Notes under the pieces: model-generated | Database searches by the model: none | Told to the model about the DNA's origin: nothing | The model's input: only the letters and a program-made list of their open reading frames with translations | Program-made: the position numbers and the translations under genes | From: Callorhinchus milii | Taxonomy: Eukaryota | Direction: 5' to 3' | Assembly: GCF_018977255.1 (NCBI RefSeq) | Contig: NW_024704743.1 | Location: 78,060,001-78,124,000, forward strand | DNA length: 64,000 nucleotides | Shown: positions 1 through 12,160 of the stretch, in pieces | Numbering within the stretch: position 1 is the stretch's first letter | How the letters are laid out: each line of letters starts with the position of its first letter

Positions 1-2305
1 CCGACTGCCTGTTCAAGGGGCACTATTAAAGATCCTATGTCACTAAGTGAAAAGACAAGAGTTTCTCTCGGTATCTTGGCCAGCAATACTCCAGATAAAA
101 TTCATGGCTGTTTGTGGAACATTGTGCGCAAATTAGCTACAGCATTTGCCCCACAAAATGCAGTTACTTTACAGTAAAAACTATGAAGCACTTTAGCTAT
201 CCTCCCGACATGAAAGGCACGATATATGGAGTGATAAAAATCAAATGCATATTAATAGTGACTTTGGTGCGCACAGTACCAGCGCTTTTGCCTGCCAACA
301 AAGCCTCCAGGTCATTTGAGTCATTTGTCCTTGATGTGGAGAAATATTGAGATAAATGCTAATGTGCTGTGCATGCCAAAGTCAACACTGAGAACATTGA
401 GAACACTGCAGTACATTGCTGTTTTGTCACTAATACAGTACTTCAGCTTATTGCGTAGCTATGGAGAAACACAAGGCTCTTCTAGAACACAGCCAGCCTT
501 TTCCAGCGCTCACACAGTCATCACAGTGTTGACTCCGTTAGGAAAAGCCACGGAGCATTTGTGGCAAAACTTCTGTACATAAAAGGCAAATATGCCATCT
601 CCCAGCTCAGGTACCCCCAGTATTGAGCACTTTAGGATATCCTCCCAACATGAAAGGTGTTATATAAATGTAAACTGTATTGAATTGCATCTCAATGTCC
701 TGGGAGACTTGTTGGCCAGGGCACTGGGAGAAACTCACCTTTAAAGTCGATTCAATGTCTAGCTGGGTCAGAAGGAATCTGTTGACTCAAGGCATAGTTG
801 CTTCAAACAGCACTCATTGCTGAATGCTCGAGTAGAAGAGTGTAATTCCAGGACACTGGACAAAGGAGCTTGGCTATAAATCCAATTCACTGGGGTCATG
901 ATTAACCACCAGTAGGAGCCTAAGCTTACATCTGTTTCCATGTGTCCAGGTCTTCTGATGGGTAGCACTGTCAAAATCCAAATCTAGTTCAGCGCAAAAT
1001 TCTAACACATAAAGTGGGATCACAATCAATTACCTGGAGTCCTGTACTTTAGGTACAGAGAACCAATCAACCAGTGTTTGCTCCTCCAATGAAGCCAATC
1101 TATACTAACTCCAAATCCCTACACTTTGCCTGTACCTTCTGATCCCTTCCCCTGGCAAGTGTTAATCCAATTCTCTATTAAAAGTCCCAATTGACTCTGC
1201 CCCGACAGCCATCCATAACAAGTCTTTGCACATCTGGACTTACACCTCATGTTGTTTTGTGGATCTCCAAAGAATGCATTTGGGACTTTCTTAAGAGAAG
1301 CACTTCTTAGAAGAACTGACTGATTTCCATAAAAGTACCAGCTAAGTAGGAATAACCTATATGGGATATCTACCTCCTAAAGCATTCATTGCTTGCCCTT
1401 CCGGACAAAATGGAACTTAGAAAGAAAAAGAAGAACTCACATTTTTATGGTGCCTTATTATATCAAACAATCTCAAAGGCAATCACTGTAAGTGTAGTTT
1501 TCCTAGGGAAATACAACAGCTATTTTGCATAGAAGTGTCCCACAAATTAGGGATTAGGTGAATGATCAATTCATCTGGAGGATTGTTGGTCAGAGCACCA
1601 GGACAAATTCCCTTCCCTTTCCAAATGGTGTTAACGGGATATTTTTAAAAATATGGGATCTTTGTTGAAATTCTTATCTGAAACACTTTCTTTTTCCCAC
1701 ACAAAAAAATACCGTCACCCCACTTTATAATATATTCTGTGAAGCGCTTTGAGATGTCTCAATGATGTGATAAGGTGTCTATATGATATGCAAGGATTAT
1801 TATTATTATATTAAAGATGGTATTTCCAAAAAAGGACCTCATCACGGAATAGGATTAAAGTCTCAGCCTGGGCTACAAGCTCGAGTTTTGATTTGGGGTT
1901 TGAACCAAGAACCGTTTTAACCCAGAGGCAAGAATGCTGACAAATGAGCTGAGATGACACTTTCTTAAGTACGGTTTGAAATGTCTATGAATTTGTGGAA
2001 AACTGGCATTCAAACAAAGACTGAATTGAAGAATTTCCCACAGTTCTACAAAATCTTAAATTTTTATGGACATCTTGTTTCACAGATGTTGGTCGGACAC
2101 GCCTGTGTGAAAATTGGTTGCACATTTGCCTGCAAATATACGATCATTACACTTTATAGTAAAAATCCTGTGAAGTACTTTGAGGCATTTTGAAGCTGTG
2201 ATAAAGCTATATGAAATGCAAGGGTTATTTTTATTTTAAGACAACATGGTCTCGTAAGGTAAGGGTAGGTGGGATTTCAGGCTTCAAATGTTATGCCAAA
2301 AAATT

Positions 2306-2440
2306 CAGTCTGACGAAGGGTCGTGGACCCGAAACGTTGACTCACTTTCCTTTCTCCATAGATGCTGCCTGACCTGCTGAGTTTTCCCAGCTCTCTCTGT
2401 TTTTGTTTCAGATTCCAGCATCTGCAGTATTTTGTGTTTT
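2306..2440 (+). mobile_element. Penelope-like element terminal (pLTR) fragment with a minimal hammerhead core
   Basis: CTGACGA-a-GGGTC-gtg-GACCC-GAAA-CGTT-gact, followed by cctttctccatagatgctgcctgacctgctgag. A second copy lies at 41518-41625. Confidence 0.7.
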
Positions 2441-5400
2441 GGAAGGGGTATTATTAAGTATTTTACACTAAAGGGCTATTACATAAGCTGATAATGCCAT
2501 TTGCACAGATAGTCTATCACCAGACTGACAGTAATAAATACAAGGACTCCAACCACACAAAGCCAGAAAACTGTTTGTTGGACTTCTGACGAACAGCACA
2601 GCGATTGTTGATGGGGAAAAATGACATTGTACAATATAGCAGCTTACTACATTATAGAAGCAGAAAGAGTCGTTTGTTTTGCTAAGTGGAAATAAATACT
2701 ATGCATATTGGCTCTTTCCTGAAGGTAGGCATCCATTAAACATAACTGACTGGAAGGTACTGAGGAAGTCATTAGAGCCAGTAGTCAGAGTAGAAGAGTC
2801 AGTGTGTGTTCTGCATTGCAGAGCAGCAGAGGACAATGTGGAGGAGAATGTAGGGTCCGCTTGTCTCCATTGATTACTGGGGAGAAATCCACCTGGGTCC
2901 AGATTTCCCTTATTTTGAAGCATCCAGAATTTATAATAATAACAATAATAACCCTTTCGATTTGATACAGCGCCTTATCATGTTGTCGAGCCATCTCAAG
3001 CGCTTCACAGGATTTACTGTGAAGTCTAGCAACTGTGTAATTTGTTGTCGAATTTGGCAAATTGCTGAATTTAGTCCGAATTTTGAAGCAGTTTCGTAGT
3101 TTTTAATAGACGTTAGAGAAAACCAGGTTAAAAATTAAGGCTGTATTTAAGAATTTCCCAAATCTTTAGTTAAGAGTCAAGTTTTGAAAGTTGCATTCCT
3201 CCCCCTTCCCTTTTTTCCTCCCCTTGTCAACTTTATACCATAACCCTGAGAGGAGCATTTTGAAATTGTGACACATTTCCTGCCCTTATTTTTCAATCGC
3301 CATTCATTGGATTTTTAATTACTCAAATGTAAAAAACATTTTGCTGTAATCAAGAAAGGCAATATTGAGGCCTCTTGTTTTTACTTTATAAATAATGGAA
3401 TCGTCTAAATTGGATCGAGCACCAGGAAATATGAACAAAGCACAACGGTATTTTCGAGTCTGCACGTGTGGCATAATCTTTGGGGTGCAGTATTACTGCA
3501 AAGTGAATCAATGCTTCTGATAATTTTGTAGCCATGCAACGCAAGAGCAAATTATGTTTCGTTCTAGAGCATTACTGATTCCAGGCCAGATATTATATAA
3601 TGCAATGCTAATGCTTATTAAAGTTGTAGAGTCTGTTATTTTCCACTGCGATTGTCTTCTGAAGATGGCAATAGTTTTAATGGCATAAAACAAGAAAAAA
3701 GGTTGTTATGGTGAAAGTCCTTAACTATATTTGTACCACATGACAGGAAGGGCCAAATGGGCAGGAAATGTTTTCAGTGTGTGGTGCTGAAAAATTACAG
3801 AGCCTGAATAGTGATTACAAGGCAGCAGTTTGGCCGTGGAAGTTCAGGTGACACAACATAAACTACAAGAGCAAAGCTTGGTCGATGTTTAATCATCTGT
3901 TTCCTATCAGTTAATCTGAGCCCGAGATCAAGTTAGATCCTTGAAATCACTCCCATGTATCCAATTTGTTACATAATATATTCGGTGCTGAGAGTGGAAG
4001 TTTTGTTTCATTTCGGAGCTGTCTTATTATTTTCAGCAGAATATGAGAGAGGGGGTCATGGCATACACTGGCTGCCAATATGTTCGGTATACTATACTTC
4101 CCAACAGCTTTTGAAGCCATAATCTTTGGCCAATTACTTAGAAAGAAACCAGTCATTTTAGATTGTAGAATATTAAAGGCTCCTCTACTGATAACTGACC
4201 AATACCTGACCAGCCAGATACAATTTAGATTGTTCAAAGACTACTCCATGAATGTTGTAGCCTTGCTCTTATTTAAACTTTTATTGGGGCCAAAATTTTG
4301 CTACTAAATACACAGTCAATTTACTTTACAGTATATTCTGTGAAGCGCTTTGAGATGCCTTGAAGACATGATAAGACGCTGTATCTAATGCAAGGATTAT
4401 TGCTATTTATTTTCCCCATTTCATTTTTATTTCAGTAATCTATTTACAGACAGCCATCCTCCTAATTCAGCTGGAGCACACAGAGATCAGTGGGTTTCTG
4501 ATTCTATGTTCATGAAATTGGCACTGACACAGACGACTAGATCACTGGAAAAGAAGGAATGTCTAAGGACTGAATAATAAATTCCTCCAAATATTGAATT
4601 TTGTTTTCTTGACTGCTCAAAATCATAAACCAAAACAAAAAGTATCTATTAGCGAAATAATCCCGTGAAATGAAGAACTGCGAAGTGTGAAAACTGCACT
4701 CAGAATTGTTTGAATGTACAAATTGTGAGCATGTCACTGAGCTGCATGAACAACATCACATTTCGTTCAAGCCAAACAACCATACTGCCTGAGGGTAGAA
4801 GGAAGACAAAGGTGTGCTCAGGCATGAAATAGAGCACCATCGCAAAGCTTTGGAGGACATCAGAAACCTCTCCTGGGAGATCTTAGGTGGCCTTCCAGCT
4901 TCCTAGTGTCCTGTAACCCGAAACTCTGTTATAATGCAGCGCTTTCTATGAAAGTGAGGGGTGAGGAAAGGTTGAGGGGTGTTGAAAAACTGAGAAGAAA
5001 GCTGAAAGAAAACCTTAAACAATGAGGTCAGAAAAGTTGCTGAAAGTTGAATTCTCTGATAATATAGGATCACAGGAACCTTTGACTAAAGGTTAAGCAA
5101 ATGCTACAGTTAGTTCTTGTAATGTTATGAGAGAGAGGGTGAATTAAGTGAAGGCGGCAATGCTGAAAATGTTGGGGAAGAAATGCATTGTTCCAGGTCA
5201 AGGATAAAGGCACAAAGCTCCACAGTCTTTGTATTTCTACTCTTCGTTACAACTAAAGTAATATACAAATCATGAGCTATTTTACCAGGATAAATGGCAA
5301 ATCTGTTATTATTCTCTGTAACTTATCGGAGCTTGTAGGTTTGGAGCCAGATACAGACACGCTCTGGACTTGGTAATCAAAGGCCTGAGATTCTCATGTC

Positions 5401-6729
5401 TCTTTGCCTCAAAACCGTTGACTTAAAATATGAGATAAAATGTGCATAATTTAGAAAATACTTCAATTCAATTTTAATTTGAAGACCAGGCTTCCAAATT
5501 AAGACTGAATTTAAGAATTTTTTCAAAGATCTTGAAATTCAAGGCTAAAACTATGAAGAATTTGGGGCCTCAAGTCTTAAACTCCGCCCCTACTCTGTTC
5601 AGAATAGACTCAACTAAGAGCAGGTTGTAAAAAGATAAGAGCTTGACAGTAACCATTGCGAAAAACATGGCAAAGTATGAACATCTCATGACAACCACAC
5701 ATCAGAACAGTGTAAAAGTGTGACGTATTTTACAAGGAAATGGCTTGTTTCTCGTTCCTGGAGGGATCCCAAAGGAAAGCTGGGATTTATTTCATGACCA
5801 ATCCCACCTTCATGGATGTTAAATAAAAACACCCTAGATGTTATTCATTGGTTTCATTGAGAGCCGTAGACAAATGAATAACATATATTCTGCTCTGTCT
5901 TCTACCATTTGCTTAAACATTTTTCTCATCTACACTGATAATTAAACTGAACCTCAAACTGTAAAAATGGTGTGGGCTGACAAGGAAAAGATCCCATTTG
6001 TTTGTAGAAAGACACTTTAAAGCATAGCAGAATTTTATCATTGTAGCACAAGTGGAGTATTAGTCACATTTTTGAATGGGAATTTACCACTAAAGATAAT
6101 TTAAACCTTACTGAAAGCAATCTGGTCTTAAATATGTCAATCAACCACTTTAGCCCCTGCCTTAGTCCGGTCAACAATCCCCCAAATAAAATTGGTAATT
6201 CACTTCATGATTGTTTGTGGGACACTGTGTGTGCAATTGGCTGCCATATTCACCCTCAATCAGTCAGTCCACTTTACAATATATCCTGTGAAGCAATTTA
6301 AGGCATCCTCCGAATGCAAAAGGCGCTATGCCAAATGTAAGGATTATTATTATTAGCACCAGAAAGGGATGGTCTACCTTTGTTATCCCCAAATAATTGT
6401 GTCTGTGCATTTCCTCATTCCAGTCCTGCTTCCAATTACAGAGATTACTATCTGAGTGAGTGCAGCTAGAAACAGGATATTGACTTAATTCAGTCAGTAT
6501 CCTGTGTAAGCAGCACTCCACTCAAATGTTGGCTCCAGGATTTAAAATCAAAGATCAGTCAACTCTCCTGAAAACCATGATGGTGGTGATTTTTTTCAAA
6601 AATGCAAAAAGAAGCAATCCAACCCGCAGAACTCTGGAGTTTAGTTATATAGCTAATTGACAGTGTTATATGATGCATTTGATGTGATCACAGTGAACCC
6701 ATCCATCTGCCCACAGCACAGAAACAGCC

Positions 6730-7650
6730 CCCGGTCAAAGTGGCAAATGACATTCTGTCCATCTGTGACCAGGGCTCCCTCTGTCTCCTCATCCTCCTTG
6801 ACCTCTCTGCTGCCTTTGATACCATTGATCACTCTATCCTCCTCCACCACCTCTCCTTTCACCTCAATCTTAATGATTTCTGTACCTGAGTGGATCAGAT
6901 CCCACCACTTTGTCTCCACAAATGGCTTCCCCTCCAGCCCCCGCACTGTCTCGTACGGTGTTCCTCAGGGTTCTGTCCTTGGTCCTCTCCTCTTCAATTT
7001 TTACCTCCTCTCTCTTGGTGACATTATCCGCAGACACCGGGTCAACTTCCATATGTATGCAGATGACACCCAACTCTACCTCTCTGCCTACACCCTCAAG
7101 TCAGGTCCACTGCTGTCCTGACAGAATGTCTGTCAGACATCAAGTCCTGGATGAGAGCCAACTTTCTACAGTTGAAAGTCAACAAGACCGAGGCTCTCCT
7201 GATTGGCTGCCGTCAGCGCCTCCACAGCTCAGGTACTGACAGCATCAACATCCAAGGATGCACACTCCATCTCACTGAGCCAGTCAGAACCTTGGAGTCT
7301 TGTTCGACCCTCAACTGTCCTTTCTACCCCACATCTGTGACATGATACACTCAGCAACATCGCCTGGTTCCGCCACTGCCTGACCCCTCAGGTCAACAAC
7401 ACCCTCATCCACACGTTCATCACATCTCGGCTCGATTACACCAACTCCCTGGTTGTCGGCTTTCCCAACTCTTCCCTCCACAAACGGCAGATCATTCAGA
7501 ACTCTACAGCTCATGTCCTCTCCCGCACAAGGCTCAAAATCCTCATCCTTGGCTTCATGGCTCCCCACGGCCTTGCCCCTCCCTGCTTCTGTGACCTGCT
7601 AACCCCATATCAACCTGTCTGCTCCCTCCGCTCACCAATCTGGCCTGCTC
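6730..7650 (+). mobile_element. L2-clade LINE RT fragment, frameshifted
   Basis: [13 protein letters not shown] near 6957, YADDTQLY at 7056-7079, and a downstream NFLQLKVNKTEALLIG frame. Confidence 0.9.
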
Positions 7651-7999
7651 CATATCCTTAATGTACGGATTTCCCAAGTGTTTGTCTTTCTTAAACATCC
7701 CAATTGATTCTGACTCTAGAACCATATGGGACATTGTGTTGCACAATTGCACTTTCTAGTTTCCGTCATTGAGTCAGCTCACTCAGCGGAGAATAGAGGT
7801 ATTAAATGTACAGTATCCTATGTTTAACTTGGGGCTGCTCTATAACAATTTGCATTTATACAGCACTCTTCATACAGGATAACTTCTCGGAGTGCTTTAC
7901 AAGATGAGGTCAGATGTTAACCAAGCAGGGGAGAGGGGGAGAAGAGAAGAGGTGGTGACCATAGGTCCATTCGAAGAGGTAGGTTTTAAGGTGAGGTTG

Positions 8000-8282
8000 T
8001 GGCCTGCTCCATGTCCCCCGCCTGGCAGTCAGGCCTTCAGCCTTTCTGCCCCCACCCTATGGAACTCCATCTCACATTCTCTTTGCCTCGCTCCCTCCAT
8101 TGCTTCCTTCAAGACGCGTCCCAAAACCCTCCTCTTCGACCGAGCCTTTGGCCATCCTCCTATCCTCCCTGCCCTCCACCCGACCCCCAGCTCGGGTCCA
8201 AATCCCTGATTGTCCGGTGCCTTGGAATGTCCTCCCGATGTGAAAGGCGCTGTACAAATGTAATTTTGTATTGTATTGTATT
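8000..8282 (+). mobile_element. L2 LINE 3' end with stem-loop and (TTGTA)n tail
   Basis: AFSLSAPTLWNS and FKTRPKTLLF, then ccttggaatgtcctcccgatgtgaaaggcgctgtacaaatg. Confidence 0.85.
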
Positions 8283-9689
8283 AAACACAGGCGGGAATGG
8301 AGGGTTAAAGGAAGGGAGCTCCAAAGGTTGTTGTAGAATAGCATTCATTTTGCTATTTTATTATCTGTGCCCTCATTTTATTCATTCCTGAATGAAAAAG
8401 TTAACTTAGGCAGAGCCGAATAATGTAGGAATATTTCATGTATCTTTTTGTTTTTGTTTTGGTCATCCGGGTGTCTGACACATACGGAAACCCATCACCA
8501 TGCTAAGAGTATCCAAACCAAGCTGAGATTTCCATATATCCCACCTAAATATGGAAATCCCAGAGATAGATTGTTGCAATTGGAATGCCCACACTTTCCC
8601 TGGAGGGACACATCCTGCTTACCGAACTCCGGAAAGTATTGGGCGCAGGTTGGCAAAGAGCCAAGGCTTAGGGACCCCAGATTGTGCACTGGGGTACTGC
8701 TGGAGTCTAACCAGCTAAAACTGCATAGCTTGCCATTGATATTGCTGTCCGGCAAGCTTTCCCGCTGCTTGTCCAGCTAGGACCACCCTACCCATTAGGG
8801 CTTTGGTTTGCAGGATTAACAGGAGCTGAATGGGATGACTCTCTGCCTCCAGTGACTGGTCTACCCTGTTTCTTGGTGGTCAATCACCATCTAAAAGAGA
8901 AAAATAGGCCATTTATTGTATTAATGTTATTTTTTCCAACAACATTGTTCAATGACATTAAAATGCATCAGGCAATGTATATTGTTAAAGATTAATGAGG
9001 CTCCATGATCCAAATTAATATTTACGCAACAACTTAAAGTTATCTCTGTGTAATTCTTAATGTAAATTAATGGGAGGTATTAACCCCACTTACAATATGC
9101 AGATGTCTGGGGAGCCCAAAAAAACAAACCATACACTTGATTATTTAAAATAAGAACTTGGGAGACTTGATAATAATCTACAGTAAAAAGAGATGCCATA
9201 GCGAAGCAGACTGGATGGTTCAAATGGCTGACTCCTGTTCCTATGCTCCCTCGAAAATTGGTTGTTCAGTTCACTGCTATTTGTATGACATTGCTGTGCA
9301 AATTGGCTGCTGTATTTCGAGCACTAAATATACAATCAATTCACTTTACAGTATATTCTGTGAAGTGTTTTGAGATGTCTCGAAGATGTGATAAGGTGCT
9401 ATATCAAATGCAAGGATTATTATTATTATTATAGGATGATAACTCAACATGATGTGATATTCCATCGACTACTATTGAGGTCAAACCAGTCAATAATTCC
9501 CTCCATTCCTCCCCTCTTTCAAGGCACATCTAAAAACATACCTCTTAGACCATGCTTTCGGTCATTTTTCCCCTCTGCAGCCCCCTTATCTCCCACCCCC
9601 AAATTAGGTGCGCATCCAGCACTGTGAAGCCTCTTTGAGATGGCCTCCCAACCTGAAAGGGCTATATAAATATAAATTGTACTGTATAA

Positions 9690-9850
9690 CAAGCTGCAGA
9701 GTTCTGGATGATCTGCAGCTTGTGGTAGGAAGCGTTGGGAAGTTCGACAAGCAAGGAGTTAGTGTAGTCGAGCCTAGAGGTAATAAATGCGTGAATGAGG
9801 GTTTCAGCGACTTGGTGGAGTCGGGCGAAGTTGCAGAGGTGGGGAAAGGC
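9690..9850 (-). mobile_element. L2 LINE fragment
   Basis: AETLIHAFITSRLDYTNSLL motif in ORF 9662..9973. Confidence 0.85.
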
Positions 9851-11030
9851 AGAATGGGTCATGGAACATTTTAACCTTTGTGCATCTTTAAGTACTGTGC
9901 ATTTTTGACCATGGACTTGTAGTCTCTTCCTTCTAACCAAATTAAAATTGTGCTTGTTCTGGTAAAGGTCCAACCATGCTTAAAGCTTGTTAACTATCCA
10001 TCAAAGTCCTGAAATTCCCTGCATGCCATAACAAATTTAATTTCAGCAAAGGTTGTCCAACCTTGTAAGGACAAATCATTATCCTGCATTGAGGTGTCTA
10101 TGCTGATGAATTGCTCACTTTGTGCTTCTGACATTACCTTTTAAAAGAGATTTGGACAAATTAGTCGAAAAAGTGCAAACAGTGGAAAAAAGAAATTATT
10201 AAAATCTTTGTGAAAGCATACCAAGCTACAGTCTAAGGTACAGTCTGACACTAGGGATAAGGTAGATCATTTTGATTTTTCCAGATGAGTGGTTAATCTG
10301 GACCCACTGTTGACTTTGTTATAGAATAATCCACATTTACGTTCTTTTTCAACATTAATGAGTTGAACCACTGAGAAGATGAACTAACTGAGACAATGGT
10401 CACTCATTCAATAATAACCCCACTTCTTTCAATAGAATTTTTTTCCTGTTACAATAAGTGCTTTTTTACATTTTTCGGGCTGAAAAATGCAATACTTACT
10501 GTATTGGGAATAGACTGCAGCTTTTGGCGATATGATGAATATCACATATAAGTTGTGTTTTTCACACAGTAGGTTCCATTTATTTTTGAGGCCCATTCAT
10601 TAAATCAGTGCAATAGGATGAAATTCAGTTTATACGTGGCAGCTTTGGCAATGCGGAGTTATATTGGTGAAATCCCATTAATGGCCAATGTTTCCAAAGG
10701 CACTAGGTATAACGCTGACCGGAATCTCAACCCTCTGAATTGGTGATAGCTTCAAACGCCTCACCCACCACATACAACTGAACATAAGAAAACATGGGAT
10801 GGTAACTTCACACATCAAGACTGTTCCGTCTCAAAGCCATACAAACACCTACACTGTCATTGTGGACAGTGTAGGTTTTGTATGGCTTTGAGATCGAACC
10901 TACACTGTCACCTACACTCTCTCCTACGGACAAAATTTATATAAATACTCCCTGATCCACAAGAGGTGAAACATCAGAACAAGATACGGATTCAAGGCCC
11001 ACGTCTCGCTGCTCAAGTATAATCGTGAAC

Positions 11031-11104
11031 TTTGTTACAATGAGACCATATGTACAACTAAAATATTTTTGTTACAGTGAGACCATATGTACAACTAAAA
11101 TATT
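11031..11104 (+). repeat. 37-bp tandem duplication
   Basis: tttgttaca(a/g)tgagaccatatgtacaactaaaatatt twice, with one mismatch. Confidence 0.92.
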
Positions 11105-11634
11105 TTGCCAATATTGCAGCCTGACTACTTCTTCAACTAAGCCCCATTGTGGATAAGGATTTGCGGATAAGTGTCATTTTCCTATATCAGAAAAGAAGTT
11201 TCAAAAGGGATACACAATCAATGGTTTTCTGCCTTTTCTTGATGAAGTGCATGGAACCTATGAATTGTCATACATCAGGTGGATGATTTGGGGGCAGGGG
11301 GTTGTTGCATTTAATGCTATGTTTGTCCAATCTTATTAGCCAACCTACAATGCTGCCTTTTCTCCAGCAGCAACAGCAGATGTTACAAGTGCACAAATGG
11401 CTTCCTAACTGGTTTCTGAGATTCGGATGTGACATTTCATTATTATGTTCATTTTACTGCACAACTACAGATACACTTTTAATTCAACTTACAGTAGATA
11501 TATTTCACACTTGAGCTAGAGCAAAATCAAACATGCACATTGTGGACGCCCACTTAGTAGAAAGAAACAATTACAACCTTATGAAAGATTTATATTGTAT
11601 GTGATTTTTTTCATTTTTGAATCAGTTCTGTTAA

Positions 11635-12160
11635 ACAACAACAACAACAACAAGATTCCATTTATAGAGCGCCTTTCACATCGGGAGGACATCCCAAGAC
11701 GCTGGACAGTTGGGTCAGGACCCGAGCAGGGGGGAAATGGTCAGGGTGAGGGGAGGGAAGAGAGTGAGGTGGGGGTAGAGAGTCGAGAGGGGAGCTGAAG
11801 GCACGGTCAAAGAGAAAGGTCTTGAGACCGGCCTTGAAGGAGGAAAGGGAGGAAGCAAGGCGAAGGCACTGGGGGATGGAGTTCCAGAGCCTAGGCGCTG
11901 AGAGGCTGAAGGCCACACGAGACAATGCGGGGGCCGGAGGAAAAGCCATTTGTGGAAACAAAATGAAGACGGTGGGAGAGGTACGACCTAAACCACTCAA
12001 GGACAGGGCCTTGAAGGTTGAGGTGGGAGGACAAGCAGTGGAGGAGGATAGCGTGGTCGACCGTATCGAATGCTGCCGATAGGTCGAGGAGGACGAGGAG
12101 GCAGAGGGAGCCCTGGTCGCAGATGACCAAGATGTCATTGGTGACCTTGACCAGGGCGGT
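11635..12160 (-). mobile_element. L2 LINE fragment, internally deleted, with 3' tail
   Basis: Minus-strand [13 protein letters not shown] is joined directly to AFSLSAPRLWNS...FKAGLKTFLF; (GTT)n tail. Confidence 0.88.

Noticed and set aside
10600..10700. YIGE peptide suggesting a GIY-YIG endonuclease remnant
   Set aside because: Only four residues match, a frameshift is required, and there are no supporting motifs.
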